Assembly: GCA_028292405.1 (NCBI GenBank)
Contig: JAQGMJ010000030.1
Coordinates: 34,039 to 98,038 of the forward strand
DNA length: 64,000 nucleotides
Reading direction: 5' to 3'
Source of the DNA: Betaproteobacteria bacterium
GTDB taxonomy: Bacteria > Pseudomonadota > Gammaproteobacteria > Burkholderiales > JAEUOS01
The position numbers and the translations under genes were made by a program. Below are positions 55,690 through 64,000 of the stretch, in pieces. Positions within the stretch are counted from its first letter, which is position 1. Each line of letters begins with the position of its first letter. The notes under the pieces are model-generated. The model was given only the letters and a program-made list of their open reading frames with translations. It was not told where the DNA came from and did no database searches.

Positions 55690-56150
55690 GCGCGGTCTTC
55701 AAAGCCGCGCTACCGTGCCTGGTGCCGATGCGCAGCGGCGACCTCGATTGCGTGGTCGCCATCGAGCGCGACATTTACGACTTTCCCTGGACCCGCGGCA
55801 ATTTCGAGGACTCGCTGGCTGCCGGCTATAGCTGCTGGCTGTACATGGACGGCAACGAACTGATCGGCTATTGCGTGGTGATGCTGGCCGTCGATGAGGC
55901 GCACCTGCTCAACCTGAGCGTGGCGCGTGGCGCCCAAGGGCAGGGGCATGGCCGCGCCCTGCTGGAGGCGTCGATGGCGGCGATACACGCGTATGGGGCG
56001 GCGGCGATGCTGCTCGAGGTGCGGCCTTCCAACCTGGTCGGCCGCAAGCTGTACGCGGGCGCGGGCTTCTCCCAAGTGGGGTTGCGCAAGGACTACTACC
56101 CGGCCTTGCGCGGGCGCGAAGACGCGCTGGTGCTCAGGCGCGAGCTATGA
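55686..56150 (+). CDS. rimI: Ribosomal-protein-alanine N-acetyltransferase RimI (GNAT)
   Basis: 154 aa with the GNAT motif LLNLSVARGAQGQGHGRALL. There is an ATGA overlap with tsaB. Confidence 0.85.
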   Translation: MSAVFKAALPCLVPMRSGDLDCVVAIERDIYDFPWTRGNFEDSLAAGYSCWLYMDGNELIGYCVVMLAVDEAHLLNLSVARGAQGQGHGRALLEASMAAIHAYGAAAMLLEVRPSNLVGRKLYAGAGFSQVGLRKDYYPALRGREDALVLRREL

Positions 56151-57004
56151 GTAACACCATGACCCGCGAAGACATGCTGCGCGAGATGGGCATCACGCCG
56201 CTGTGGAAGGCGCGCGCTGCGGCGGCCGAAGTGCAGCAGGCCGAGCCTTCGCGCGTGCAGGCGGTGCCGCCCGATGCGGGCTTCGACGAAGAACCCCCGC
56301 CTTATTTTTCCGACGATTCGCCCGCAGTGCAGCAGCGCCCCGCAGTGGTCGCGCGTGCGCCGGCCAGGCCAGCCGAGGGCGTGCCGGCGCTTGTCGGCGT
56401 CGATCCCGCGCGCGTCGAACATATCGCGCGCATGGAATGGCCGGATCTGAAGGGCGCGGTGGCCGAATGCACCGCCTGCACCCTTTGCAAGGCGCGCAAG
56501 AATACGGTCTTCGGCGTCGGCGACGAAAAAGCGGACTGGATGATCATCGGCGAGGCGCCCGGCGCGGAAGAGGATGCGCGTGGCGAACCCTTCGTCGGCC
56601 AGGCCGGGCGCCTGCTCGATTCGATGCTGGCGGCCCTCGAGATGAAGCGCGAAGTCAACGTCTACATCGCCAACGTGCTGAAATGCCGCCCGCCCGGCAA
56701 CCGCAACCCCGAGCCGCTGGAGGTGGCGCAATGTTCGCCGCACCTGCTGCGGCAGGTGGCGCTGATCCAGCCCAAGCTGATCATCCTGATGGGGCGCTTC
56801 GCCGCCCAGACGCTGCTGCACACCGATGCATCGATCGCCAGCATGCGCGGCCGCCTGCACCAGTACCAAGGTACGCCGGCCATCGTCACCTATCACCCGG
56901 CTTATCTGCTGCGCAACCTGCCTGACAAGTCCAAGGCCTGGCAGGACCTGCTGTTCGCCCGCAAGACCTCTCAAAGCCTGCAAAGCGGGGCAGCGGCGCA
57001 GTAG
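56147..57004 (+). CDS. Uracil-DNA glycosylase, family 4, with a ~90-aa N-terminal extension
   Basis: The core carries CTACTLCKARKNTVFGVGD and IIGEAPGAEEDARGEPFVGQAG. The N-terminal extension begins MLREMGITPLWKAR. Confidence 0.85.
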   Translation: MSNTMTREDMLREMGITPLWKARAAAAEVQQAEPSRVQAVPPDAGFDEEPPPYFSDDSPAVQQRPAVVARAPARPAEGVPALVGVDPARVEHIARMEWPDLKGAVAECTACTLCKARKNTVFGVGDEKADWMIIGEAPGAEEDARGEPFVGQAGRLLDSMLAALEMKREVNVYIANVLKCRPPGNRNPEPLEVAQCSPHLLRQVALIQPKLIILMGRFAAQTLLHTDASIASMRGRLHQYQGTPAIVTYHPAYLLRNLPDKSKAWQDLLFARKTSQSLQSGAAAQ

Positions 57005-57010
57005 CCGCGC

Positions 57011-57949
57011 ATGCCCTTGACCCTGCAACAACTGGCGCCACGGCTCACGCAGCCGGCGGTGCGCGCACTGGCCTGGCTGATCGGCGCGCCGGACTTGCTG
57101 GATGAGGCAGACCCGCGCTTCGGCGCGCAACTGGTGGGCGACGCCTGGTACGCGCAGGCACTGGCGCAGGCTACCCCCTGGCTGCTGGAACTGGATCGGC
57201 AGCCGCAAGCCTTGCTCGACTTTCTCGCGGCGCGGCCGACCCGCCGACTGGGACTTCACGCGGAGTCCCTGCTGGCGTTCTGGCTGCGGCAGCGGCCCGG
57301 AGTCGAACTGCTGGCGCGCAATCTGGCGGTGCGCGAACAAAAGCGGACCCTGGGGGAATTCGATTTCATTTTCCGCGAACCGGACGCCGGCGCATCCGTG
57401 CATTGGGAACTGGCGGTAAAGTTCTATTTGCAGCAGGCGGAAATCGAAGGGCTGGCGGGCTACGTGGGGCCGAACGAAAAGGATACGCTCGCCGCCAAGA
57501 CGCAACGCGTGTTCGGCCGCCAGCTCGGCCTGGGCGAAACGCAGGCGGGGCGCATGGCCCTCGCGGAAATCGGCGCGCCGGCGGCGCGGGCACAGGCCTT
57601 TATCAAAGGCTGGCTGTTTTATCCGCGTGGCGAGCGCGCAGCGCTGGTGGCCGGAGTCAATCCGCGGCATGCGCGGGGTTGGTGGCTGCGGGCAATGCCA
57701 GGCTGGGAGGGCGCGCTCGGACCGGATCGCCGCTACGCGATTTTGCCGCGCCTGGCGTGGCTTGCGTGGCCGTGGATCGCGGGGGAAGGCGATGTACTGG
57801 ACCGCGCGGGTTTGGCCGGCACGGTGGCCCGGCAAATCGACGGCGGTGCGCTATTGGTGGCTGAAATGACGTTGGAGGAGGGCGCCTGGCGCGAGTGCGC
57901 GCGCGGCTTTGTGGTCCCTCCCGGGTGGGGCGCGGCGGCCAGCCTCTAG
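57011..57949 (+). CDS. DUF1853 family protein (possible PD-(D/E)xK nuclease fold)
   Basis: 312 aa. GEFDFIFREP...VHWELAVKFYL resembles a D...E.K restriction-endonuclease-like core. The family name is from memory. Confidence 0.6.
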   Translation: MPLTLQQLAPRLTQPAVRALAWLIGAPDLLDEADPRFGAQLVGDAWYAQALAQATPWLLELDRQPQALLDFLAARPTRRLGLHAESLLAFWLRQRPGVELLARNLAVREQKRTLGEFDFIFREPDAGASVHWELAVKFYLQQAEIEGLAGYVGPNEKDTLAAKTQRVFGRQLGLGETQAGRMALAEIGAPAARAQAFIKGWLFYPRGERAALVAGVNPRHARGWWLRAMPGWEGALGPDRRYAILPRLAWLAWPWIAGEGDVLDRAGLAGTVARQIDGGALLVAEMTLEEGAWRECARGFVVPPGWGAAASL

Positions 57950-59244
57950 CAGTGGCCGGATTCGCCGATTAAATGCGAGAGGTCTTCGCGCTCCTGGTTG
58001 ATGCGGTTCCAGATCATCACCAGCAGCATGGTCGCCGAGACGAAGGTGCCGAAGATCAGGATCACGGTATTGATGTTGAACTCGGCCTTGAGCATCAGGG
58101 AATAGACGCCGATCATCACCAGCACGTTCAGGTTTTCGTTGAAGTTCTGGATCGCGATCGAATGCCCGGCCGACATCAGCACATGGCCGCGATGTTGCAG
58201 CAGCGCATTCATCGGCACCACGAAATAGCCGGCCATCGCGCCCACCAGCACCAGAAGTGGATAGGCGATGGCGCGGTCGCGCACCGCCACCATCGAGATC
58301 ACCAAAAGGCCCATGATGATGCCGCAGGGCAGCACTTTCAGCGAATTTTTAAGGGGCACGAAACGCGCCGCCAGCACCGCGCCGATCGCCACGCCTACCG
58401 CCACTACGCCTTGCAGGATGGCGCCCTTGTCCAGCGGCATGTCCAGTTGCTGAAATGCCCATTTCAGGACGATGAACTGCAAGGTCGCACCGGCGCCCCA
58501 AAACAGGGTGGTGACGGCCAGTGAAATCTGTCCCAGCCTGTCTTTCCACAGGATCACCAGGCAGTGCGAGAATTCCCTGATCAGTACGACCGGGCTGGTG
58601 GCCTGCGGCTTGTAGCGCACGCCGGTGTCGGGGATGAACAGGTTGAAAATCGCGGCCATCACATAGCAGGCGCAAATCACGATCATCGCCGCGCCCGGCG
58701 CCGAGTCGATGCCGGTGTCGATATGCGGCAGGTCGATCGACAGCAGGAAGTCGGCAACGCGCGGACTGATCAGCATGCCGCCCAGCACGGTGCCGAGAAT
58801 GATCGAGGTGACCGTGAGGCCCTCGATCCAGCCGTTAGCCACCACCAGCTTTTCCGGCGGCAGCAACTCGGTGAGAATGCCGTACTTGGCCGGCGAGTAA
58901 GCAGCGGCGCCCAGGCCGACCAGGCCATAGGCCAGCAGCACCATGACGTAGTCTTCGGTGCCCGGGATCGAGATGAACTCGGAGGCGATCATCAGCAGGC
59001 AGCCTGAAATCTTGATCAGGTTGGTGATGAACATCACCGTGCCCTTGGGCCGGGAATCGGCGAAAGCGCCGACGAAAGGAGCCAGCACCACATAAGACAC
59101 CGTGAAGAAAAACTTCAGCATCGGCGTCAGGGCTTCCGGCGCGTCCTGGTCGAGCAGCAGTGCAATGGCGGCGATCAACAGCGCATTGTCGGCAAGCGAC
59201 GAAAAAAACTGCGCCGCCATGATGGTGTAAAAGCCGGGTTTCAT
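57946..59244 (-). CDS. lplT: Lysophospholipid transporter LplT (MFS)
   Basis: 432 aa with ~12 TM segments. The N-terminus YTIMAAQFFSSLADNALLIAAIALL parallels E. coli LplT. Confidence 0.75.
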   Translation of the reverse strand: MKPGFYTIMAAQFFSSLADNALLIAAIALLLDQDAPEALTPMLKFFFTVSYVVLAPFVGAFADSRPKGTVMFITNLIKISGCLLMIASEFISIPGTEDYVMVLLAYGLVGLGAAAYSPAKYGILTELLPPEKLVVANGWIEGLTVTSIILGTVLGGMLISPRVADFLLSIDLPHIDTGIDSAPGAAMIVICACYVMAAIFNLFIPDTGVRYKPQATSPVVLIREFSHCLVILWKDRLGQISLAVTTLFWGAGATLQFIVLKWAFQQLDMPLDKGAILQGVVAVGVAIGAVLAARFVPLKNSLKVLPCGIIMGLLVISMVAVRDRAIAYPLLVLVGAMAGYFVVPMNALLQHRGHVLMSAGHSIAIQNFNENLNVLVMIGVYSLMLKAEFNINTVILIFGTFVSATMLLVMIWNRINQEREDLSHLIGESGHC

Positions 59245-59505
59245 TATCTCCGTCTGGATTTCGTCATGCTTCGCTTCAGGCTGGCCTCCCGTGGCGCGCC
59301 ATGCCGGGTGAAAATTCCGGCGTGGCGTTTAGCAGCCCGCGACCGCGTATGTTATCGTCATCGGCTCGGCAGGAATTCAGCGACCCGCGGCCCCGGCTTG
59401 CGGTATCGCGCCCGCTTTATAGCATGAAAATATTACGCAACCAATGCAGGGCTGTGCAGCACGCGGCCATGCATCACCGATTCCGCACCCCGCGCATCCC
59501 TACTC

Positions 59506-60582
59506 ATGCCCCGTCCGATCCGCGTCCGCTTTGATACCGCCGCCCTGGCGCACAACCTGGAGGTGGCGCGCCGGCGCGCGCCGCACGCCAAAGTCTGGGC
59601 GGTGATCAAGGCCAATGCCTATGGCCATGGCTTGTTGCGCGCTGCCGACGCCCTGCGCGCCGCCGGCGGCTTCGCGCTGCTCGACCTGAACGAGGCGGCA
59701 CGCCTGCGCGAAGCGGGTTTCGCCCATCCTGTCCTGCTGCTGGAAGGGATTTTCGAGCCGCGCGACCTCGACCTGGTCGAGGCCATGCACCTGACCCCGG
59801 TACTGCACAGCGCCGAGCAGATTGCGATACTGGAGGCCGCGGCCCCGAAACGTCCGATCGATGTCTACCTCAAATGCAATAGCGGAATGAACCGCCTGGG
59901 ATTTACCGGTGCGGCGATGATTGCGGCCCACGCCCGGCTGAAGTCGCTCAAGCAGGTCAAGTCGATTACCCTGATGACCCATTTCGCCGATGCCGACGGA
60001 CCCAGCGGCGTGAGCAGCCAGCTGGCCGCCTTCGACGCCGCCACCGCGGGCCTGGCCGGCGCCAGAAGCCTGGCCAACTCGGCCGCTACCATGCGCTATC
60101 CGGAAACCCATGGCGACTGGGTGCGCCCCGGCATCATGCTCTATGGCGCCTCGCCGTTCCCGGACGAGAGCGCGGCCTCGCTCGGTTTGATGCCGGCGAT
60201 GACCCTGAGTTCCGAACTGATTGCGGTACAGGCGCTGAAAGCGGGCGAGGGCGTGGGCTACGGCTATCTCTACCGGGCCGAGCGCGACATGCGCGTCGGC
60301 GTGGTGGCCTGCGGCTACGCCGACGGCTACGCGCGCCACGCCGCCGGCGGCACCGCGGCGGGCACGCCCATCCTGGTCGATGGCGTACGAACGCGTACGG
60401 TCGGCCGGGTAGCGATGGACATGATGTATGTCGACCTCACGCCGGTGCCGCGGGCAGGCGTCGGCAGCCAGGTGACGCTTTGGGGCGACGGGCTTTCCGC
60501 CGACGAGGTGGCACTGGCCTCGGGTACGGTATCGTACGAGCTGTTTTGCGCGCTGGCGGCGCGCGTACCCGTCGAAGAATAA
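59506..60582 (+). CDS. alr: Alanine racemase
   Basis: 358 aa with the PLP-lysine motif [11 protein letters not shown] and C-terminal YELFCAL. Confidence 0.9.
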   Translation: MPRPIRVRFDTAALAHNLEVARRRAPHAKVWAVIKANAYGHGLLRAADALRAAGGFALLDLNEAARLREAGFAHPVLLLEGIFEPRDLDLVEAMHLTPVLHSAEQIAILEAAAPKRPIDVYLKCNSGMNRLGFTGAAMIAAHARLKSLKQVKSITLMTHFADADGPSGVSSQLAAFDAATAGLAGARSLANSAATMRYPETHGDWVRPGIMLYGASPFPDESAASLGLMPAMTLSSELIAVQALKAGEGVGYGYLYRAERDMRVGVVACGYADGYARHAAGGTAAGTPILVDGVRTRTVGRVAMDMMYVDLTPVPRAGVGSQVTLWGDGLSADEVALASGTVSYELFCALAARVPVEE

Positions 60583-60629
60583 CAGCGCCAACAACGTGTC
60601 AGCCTAACGCAACAACGACTGGAAAAGAT

Positions 60630-61991
60630 TTGGCCAAAGCTAAAACCGCCTACGTCTGCAGCGAATGCGGCGGAGAATCACCGAAGTGGCAGGGCCAATG
60701 CCCCCACTGCAGCGCCTGGAATACCTTGCTGGAAACCCGTGTCGAGGCTCCCAAGCCGGCGGCGGTCAATCGTTTTTCCGCTACGGCCGGCACCGCCGAA
60801 GTAAAGACGCTTTCCACCATCGAAGCGCGCGACATGCCGCGCATCACCACCACCATCGATGAATTCGACCGCGTATTGGGCGGTGGCCTGGTGCCGGGCG
60901 GGGTGATCCTGATCGGCGGCGACCCCGGCATCGGCAAATCGACCCTGCTGCTGCAAAGCCTGGCGGCAATGAGCAACAGCCGCAAAGCGCTCTATGTCAG
61001 CGGCGAAGAAAGCGGCGAGCAGATCGCCCTGCGCGCGCGCCGCCTGGGACTGGAGGCGCCCGACCTGCGCCTGCTGCCGGAAATCAACCTGGAAAAAATC
61101 CAGGCCGCGCTGACCGCCGAGCAACCAGAAGTGGCAGTGATCGATTCGATCCAGACCCTGTATTCGGACGCGCTGACCGCCGCGCCGGGCTCGGTCTCGC
61201 AGGTGCGCGAGTGTGCCGCGCAACTGACGCGTCATGCCAAGCAAACCGGCACCATCATCATCCTGGTCGGCCACGTCACCAAGGAAGGGACGATTGCCGG
61301 CCCCCGGGTGCTGGAGCACATTGTCGATACCGTGCTGTACTTCGAGGGCGACACCCATTCCTCCTACCGGCTGGTGCGGGCGTTCAAGAACCGTTTTGGC
61401 GCGGTCAACGAGCTCGGCGTGTTCGGCATGACCGACCGTGGCCTCAAGGGCGTATCCAATCCTTCAGCGCTGTTTCTCTCGCAGCATGAGCACGAGGTGC
61501 CGGGTTCCTGCGTGCTGGTCACGCAAGAGGGCACCAGGCCCCTGCTGGTGGAAATCCAGGCGCTGGTGGACGATTCGCACGCGCCCAACGCACGCCGCCT
61601 GTCGGTCGGCCTGGAGCAGGCGCGCCTGGCGATGCTGCTGGCGGTGCTGCACCGGCATGTCGGCGTCGCCTGCTACGACCAGGATGTATTCATCAACGCG
61701 GTGGGCGGGGTGAAGATCGGCGAGCCGGCGGCCGACCTGGCGGTGCTGCTGGCGATCGTGTCTTCACTCAAGGGCAAGCCTTTGCCCAAGGGCCTGGTGG
61801 TGTTCGGCGAAGTCGGGCTGGCCGGGGAAATTCGCCCGGCGCCGCGCGGCCAGGAACGCCTGCGCGAGGCGGCCAAGCTGGGCTTCACCCAGGCGCTGAT
61901 CCCCAAGGCCAACGCGCCCAAGGGCGAGATCAAGGGGCTGGAAGTGATCGCGGTGGATCGCGCGGCGGACGCGCTGGCGCGCTTTCGGTAA
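60630..61991 (+). CDS. radA: DNA repair protein RadA
   Basis: A TTG start at 60630 gives (M)AKAKTAYVCSECGGESPKWQGQCPHCSAWNT (zinc finger). Walker A GGDPGIGKST, the KNRFG motif and a Lon-like C-terminal domain are present. The upstream part of track ORF 60480.. overlaps alr. Confidence 0.9.
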   Translation: MAKAKTAYVCSECGGESPKWQGQCPHCSAWNTLLETRVEAPKPAAVNRFSATAGTAEVKTLSTIEARDMPRITTTIDEFDRVLGGGLVPGGVILIGGDPGIGKSTLLLQSLAAMSNSRKALYVSGEESGEQIALRARRLGLEAPDLRLLPEINLEKIQAALTAEQPEVAVIDSIQTLYSDALTAAPGSVSQVRECAAQLTRHAKQTGTIIILVGHVTKEGTIAGPRVLEHIVDTVLYFEGDTHSSYRLVRAFKNRFGAVNELGVFGMTDRGLKGVSNPSALFLSQHEHEVPGSCVLVTQEGTRPLLVEIQALVDDSHAPNARRLSVGLEQARLAMLLAVLHRHVGVACYDQDVFINAVGGVKIGEPAADLAVLLAIVSSLKGKPLPKGLVVFGEVGLAGEIRPAPRGQERLREAAKLGFTQALIPKANAPKGEIKGLEVIAVDRAADALARFR

Positions 61992-62006
61992 AGCGCGGGC
62001 GGGCGC

Positions 62007-62477
62007 CTAGCTGTTGCGGCGGATATTGCGCCGCAGTTCGACGTTCGGATTGGCCAGCGTCAGGCGCGCCTGGCCGTAAGCGGTGATGCTCAGCTCATAG
62101 TCGCCGGTCTCGGCGGCGTCGACCAGCAGCATGGTCTGCGACACGCCCACCGCGCCGACCGGGGCCTCCGGGGTCGCATTGCTGTTGATGTTGAAGGCTC
62201 CGGTGGCGATCGGCCGCCCCTTGTAGCTGAGCACCGCGACATAACTGTTCCATTTGCCCGCCTGCGCCGGATCTGCGGTGTATTCGGCGGAAAAATTCAG
62301 GGCCACCGGGTTCATTTCCGGGCCCAGCGTCAGTCGTAGCGGCGCAAAACCGCCGCCGGGCGCCGGCTGCAGGGCGAAGCGCGTGACCTGGGCGCCGGTA
62401 AACAGGCCGTCGCAGGCAACCAGCAGCAGGAGCAGGGCCAGCATCCACGCCTTTCGCGCAGGCAGGCCGGTCAGCAT
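62007..62477 (-). CDS. Hypothetical lipoprotein, translationally coupled to the upstream cyclase gene
   Basis: The ATG at 62477 gives MLTGLPARKAWMLALLLLLVACDG, which contains a lipobox. It overlaps the cyclase stop (ATGCTGA). The predicted beta-rich ~130-aa mature part carries no family motif I recognise. Confidence 0.5.
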   Translation of the reverse strand: MLTGLPARKAWMLALLLLLVACDGLFTGAQVTRFALQPAPGGGFAPLRLTLGPEMNPVALNFSAEYTADPAQAGKWNSYVAVLSYKGRPIATGAFNINSNATPEAPVGAVGVSQTMLLVDAAETGDYELSITAYGQARLTLANPNVELRRNIRRNS

Positions 62478-63994
62478 GAAATGACGATCAACCGCGTGTT
62501 GTTGGCATCCACATTGACGGACTGGCGCTTGGTATCCGGCGGAAAGCCGCATTCGCGAACCTCGATACGGTGCTCGCCCGGAACCACCGCGTAAGAGCTG
62601 ACCGTGCTGGTGGTGCCGACGTGGCTGCCGTCGATGTAGATCTCGCCAAAACCGCCGATCTGGAATCGCAAGGTGGCGTTGCGCGCGCGGGCTTGCGCAG
62701 CCTGGGCATCACTCGCGGCAGACGCGGATTGCGCGGAAACGGCGGACGCAGCGGCATTCGTCGCGGCGGTGTTCTTGCCGTTTTTTGCGTCTTTCGCGGC
62801 ATCTTTTGCCGCCTTGTTGTCCGCTTTTTTCACCTCAGCCCTGGCCGGGGTCGCCTTCGGCGCCTCGGCTGGGGGTGGCGGCGCAACCGCAACGGCAGCC
62901 GGTGCAGTAGGCGTGGCGGCCGGTGTAGCAGGCGTGCCGGCCGGTGCAGCAGGCGTGGCGGCGGCTGGTGCAGCGGGGGCGGGGGCTTGGGGGGGTGCAA
63001 GGGCCGGGTTATCGGCTTTTGCCGCAGTATCTGCCTTGGCGGTGGCCGCAGGGTCGGGAGCGACAGGCGCAGGCCGCATCCACCAGAGCAGGACGACGGC
63101 GATGCAGATACACACCAGCGCCACCGGTATCAGTATGAACGGGAGCTTGCTCCGGGAGGAAGGCGGCGGGTCGTTCGGTTCCACCTTTAAAAACGCCTCG
63201 CGTGCCGCCGGGTTGTCTATGTGGGCGCTCAGCGCATTGCGCAGCGTGGCAAAGTCCGGCGCGCCCATCGCCTTGGCCTGCACCAGCACGTGGGCATGCT
63301 CGCCGACGTGGGGTTCGAGCGCCCGTTCCAGTACGGCAAGCTGCTCTTCCGGAACGCGGGTACGGGCCTCCAGCACCTGCATGCGCTCGGTGATGGTGAC
63401 CGAACGGTCCGGGTCGACGAAGCCGATTTCATACAGCTCGTGTTCGCGCACATGCTTGTCGGTATGCATGCCCTTGTCGCTGAACAGTTCGCGGTATTCG
63501 TCCGACAGGCAGGAGACCACATCGTAGAAAGAGCGCGACACCAGGATCTGGTCCGGCTCGGCAAAATTCATCACCCGTTGCGCGACGTTGATGCCATCGC
63601 CGATCAGGTTGGGGCGGCCGTTGATGTCCTTGAGCAGTTTCACCGGTCCCAGGTTGATGCCCATGCGCAGGTGCAGGTCCGGGAACTCGTGCTCCTGCTT
63701 TTCCTTGATGGCGTCACGCAGCTTGACGGCGACGAACAGGGCGTCTTCGGGGTCGCCGAGAAAGCTCAGGGCCGCGCCGTCGCCGGTGTCGAGCACGATG
63801 CGGTCCGGTTCCGGAATGTCCGAAATCAGGTGCGACACCAGGCTGTTGAATTGTTCCTTCAGGCGGATTTGCTCGGCCACCGGCAGCTTGGAATAGCCGA
63901 CGATGTCGAGAAACAGCACGCTGGAGATGAACGTCCGGTTGGGGCGGTCCATCATGGTCTGGTGGCCGGGGCGAGTGGAGGTCAAGCCGCGCAT
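62471..63994 (-). CDS. Membrane-anchored class III adenylate/guanylate cyclase with an Ala/Pro-rich linker and a C-terminal PEGA-like domain
   Basis: The cyclase homology domain spans residues ~22-190 (VLFLDIVGYS, DTGDGAALSF, MGINLGPV, GDGINVAQR). The TM helix LPFILIPVALVCICIAVVLLWWM covers ~284-306. An A/P/K-rich low-complexity linker covers ~307-438. The C-terminus is RFQIGGFGEIYIDGSHVGTT..VVPGEHRIEVRE... Confidence 0.8.
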   Translation of the reverse strand: MRGLTSTRPGHQTMMDRPNRTFISSVLFLDIVGYSKLPVAEQIRLKEQFNSLVSHLISDIPEPDRIVLDTGDGAALSFLGDPEDALFVAVKLRDAIKEKQEHEFPDLHLRMGINLGPVKLLKDINGRPNLIGDGINVAQRVMNFAEPDQILVSRSFYDVVSCLSDEYRELFSDKGMHTDKHVREHELYEIGFVDPDRSVTITERMQVLEARTRVPEEQLAVLERALEPHVGEHAHVLVQAKAMGAPDFATLRNALSAHIDNPAAREAFLKVEPNDPPPSSRSKLPFILIPVALVCICIAVVLLWWMRPAPVAPDPAATAKADTAAKADNPALAPPQAPAPAAPAAATPAAPAGTPATPAATPTAPAAVAVAPPPPAEAPKATPARAEVKKADNKAAKDAAKDAKNGKNTAATNAAASAVSAQSASAASDAQAAQARARNATLRFQIGGFGEIYIDGSHVGTTSTVSSYAVVPGEHRIEVRECGFPPDTKRQSVNVDANNTRLIVISC

Positions 63995-64000
63995 TTTAGC

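Noticed and set aside
62683-63076. A repetitive GC-rich stretch that looks like a tandem repeat array.
   Set aside because: It is the in-frame Ala/Pro/Thr/Lys-rich linker of the cyclase (APAAPAAATPAAPAGTPATPAATPTAPAA...). It is low-complexity coding sequence, not a CRISPR array or a non-coding repeat.

Overview
This is a high-GC bacterial chromosomal segment that looks betaproteobacterial, probably Burkholderiales. That guess rests on four Bug/TctC-type periplasmic binding proteins, a PEP-CTERM protein and a tsaB-rimI-udg block; it is an inference, not a database result. I support about 60 protein-coding genes and found no rRNA, tRNA, CRISPR array, transposase, integrase or phage gene.

Gene content runs in this order:
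- fdhD (partial), D-aminoacylase, crotonase, moaA, lipoprotein sodC, DUF3460 and scpA.
- An fdrA / carbamate kinase / DUF2877 / DUF1116 operon.
- fabI, a YejABEF-like peptide ABC transporter, and a Bug binding protein.
- A thioesterase, a Kdo-hydroxylase-like gene, an acyl-CoA synthetase, an aldehyde dehydrogenase and an AI-2E transporter.
- An IclR-controlled hydroxyquinol / 3-oxoadipate cluster.
- A roughly 0.5 kb low-GC orphan segment and a PEP-CTERM protein gene.
- A roughly 14 kb catabolic stretch rich in orphan binding proteins: enolase-superfamily enzyme, LivK-like binding protein, three Bug binding proteins, an NHL propeller protein, a Gfo/Idh/MocA oxidoreductase, a non-canonical family III CoA-transferase, a ThDP enzyme and a GMC oxidoreductase.
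- An operon of a small secreted disordered protein, DUF1800 and DUF1501.
- Housekeeping genes: tsaB, rimI, udg, DUF1853, lplT, alr and radA.
- A membrane-anchored class III nucleotide cyclase with a periplasmic PEGA-like domain, translationally coupled to a lipoprotein gene.

I did not find an unambiguous novel system such as a defence island. The most unusual things I can actually see are:
- A near-identical promoter-plus-palindrome module (TTGACG ... TGTCCGGACA ... TAAAAT) that recurs in front of several genes of the catabolic stretch, with no regulator in view.
- A CoA-transferase whose conserved motifs appear in permuted order.
- The low-GC orphan segment bracketed by convergent terminators.
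- The cyclase-PEGA-lipoprotein pair.
- The DUF1800/DUF1501 operon.

All family calls come from motif recognition by eye and from memory. No BLAST or HMM search was run.
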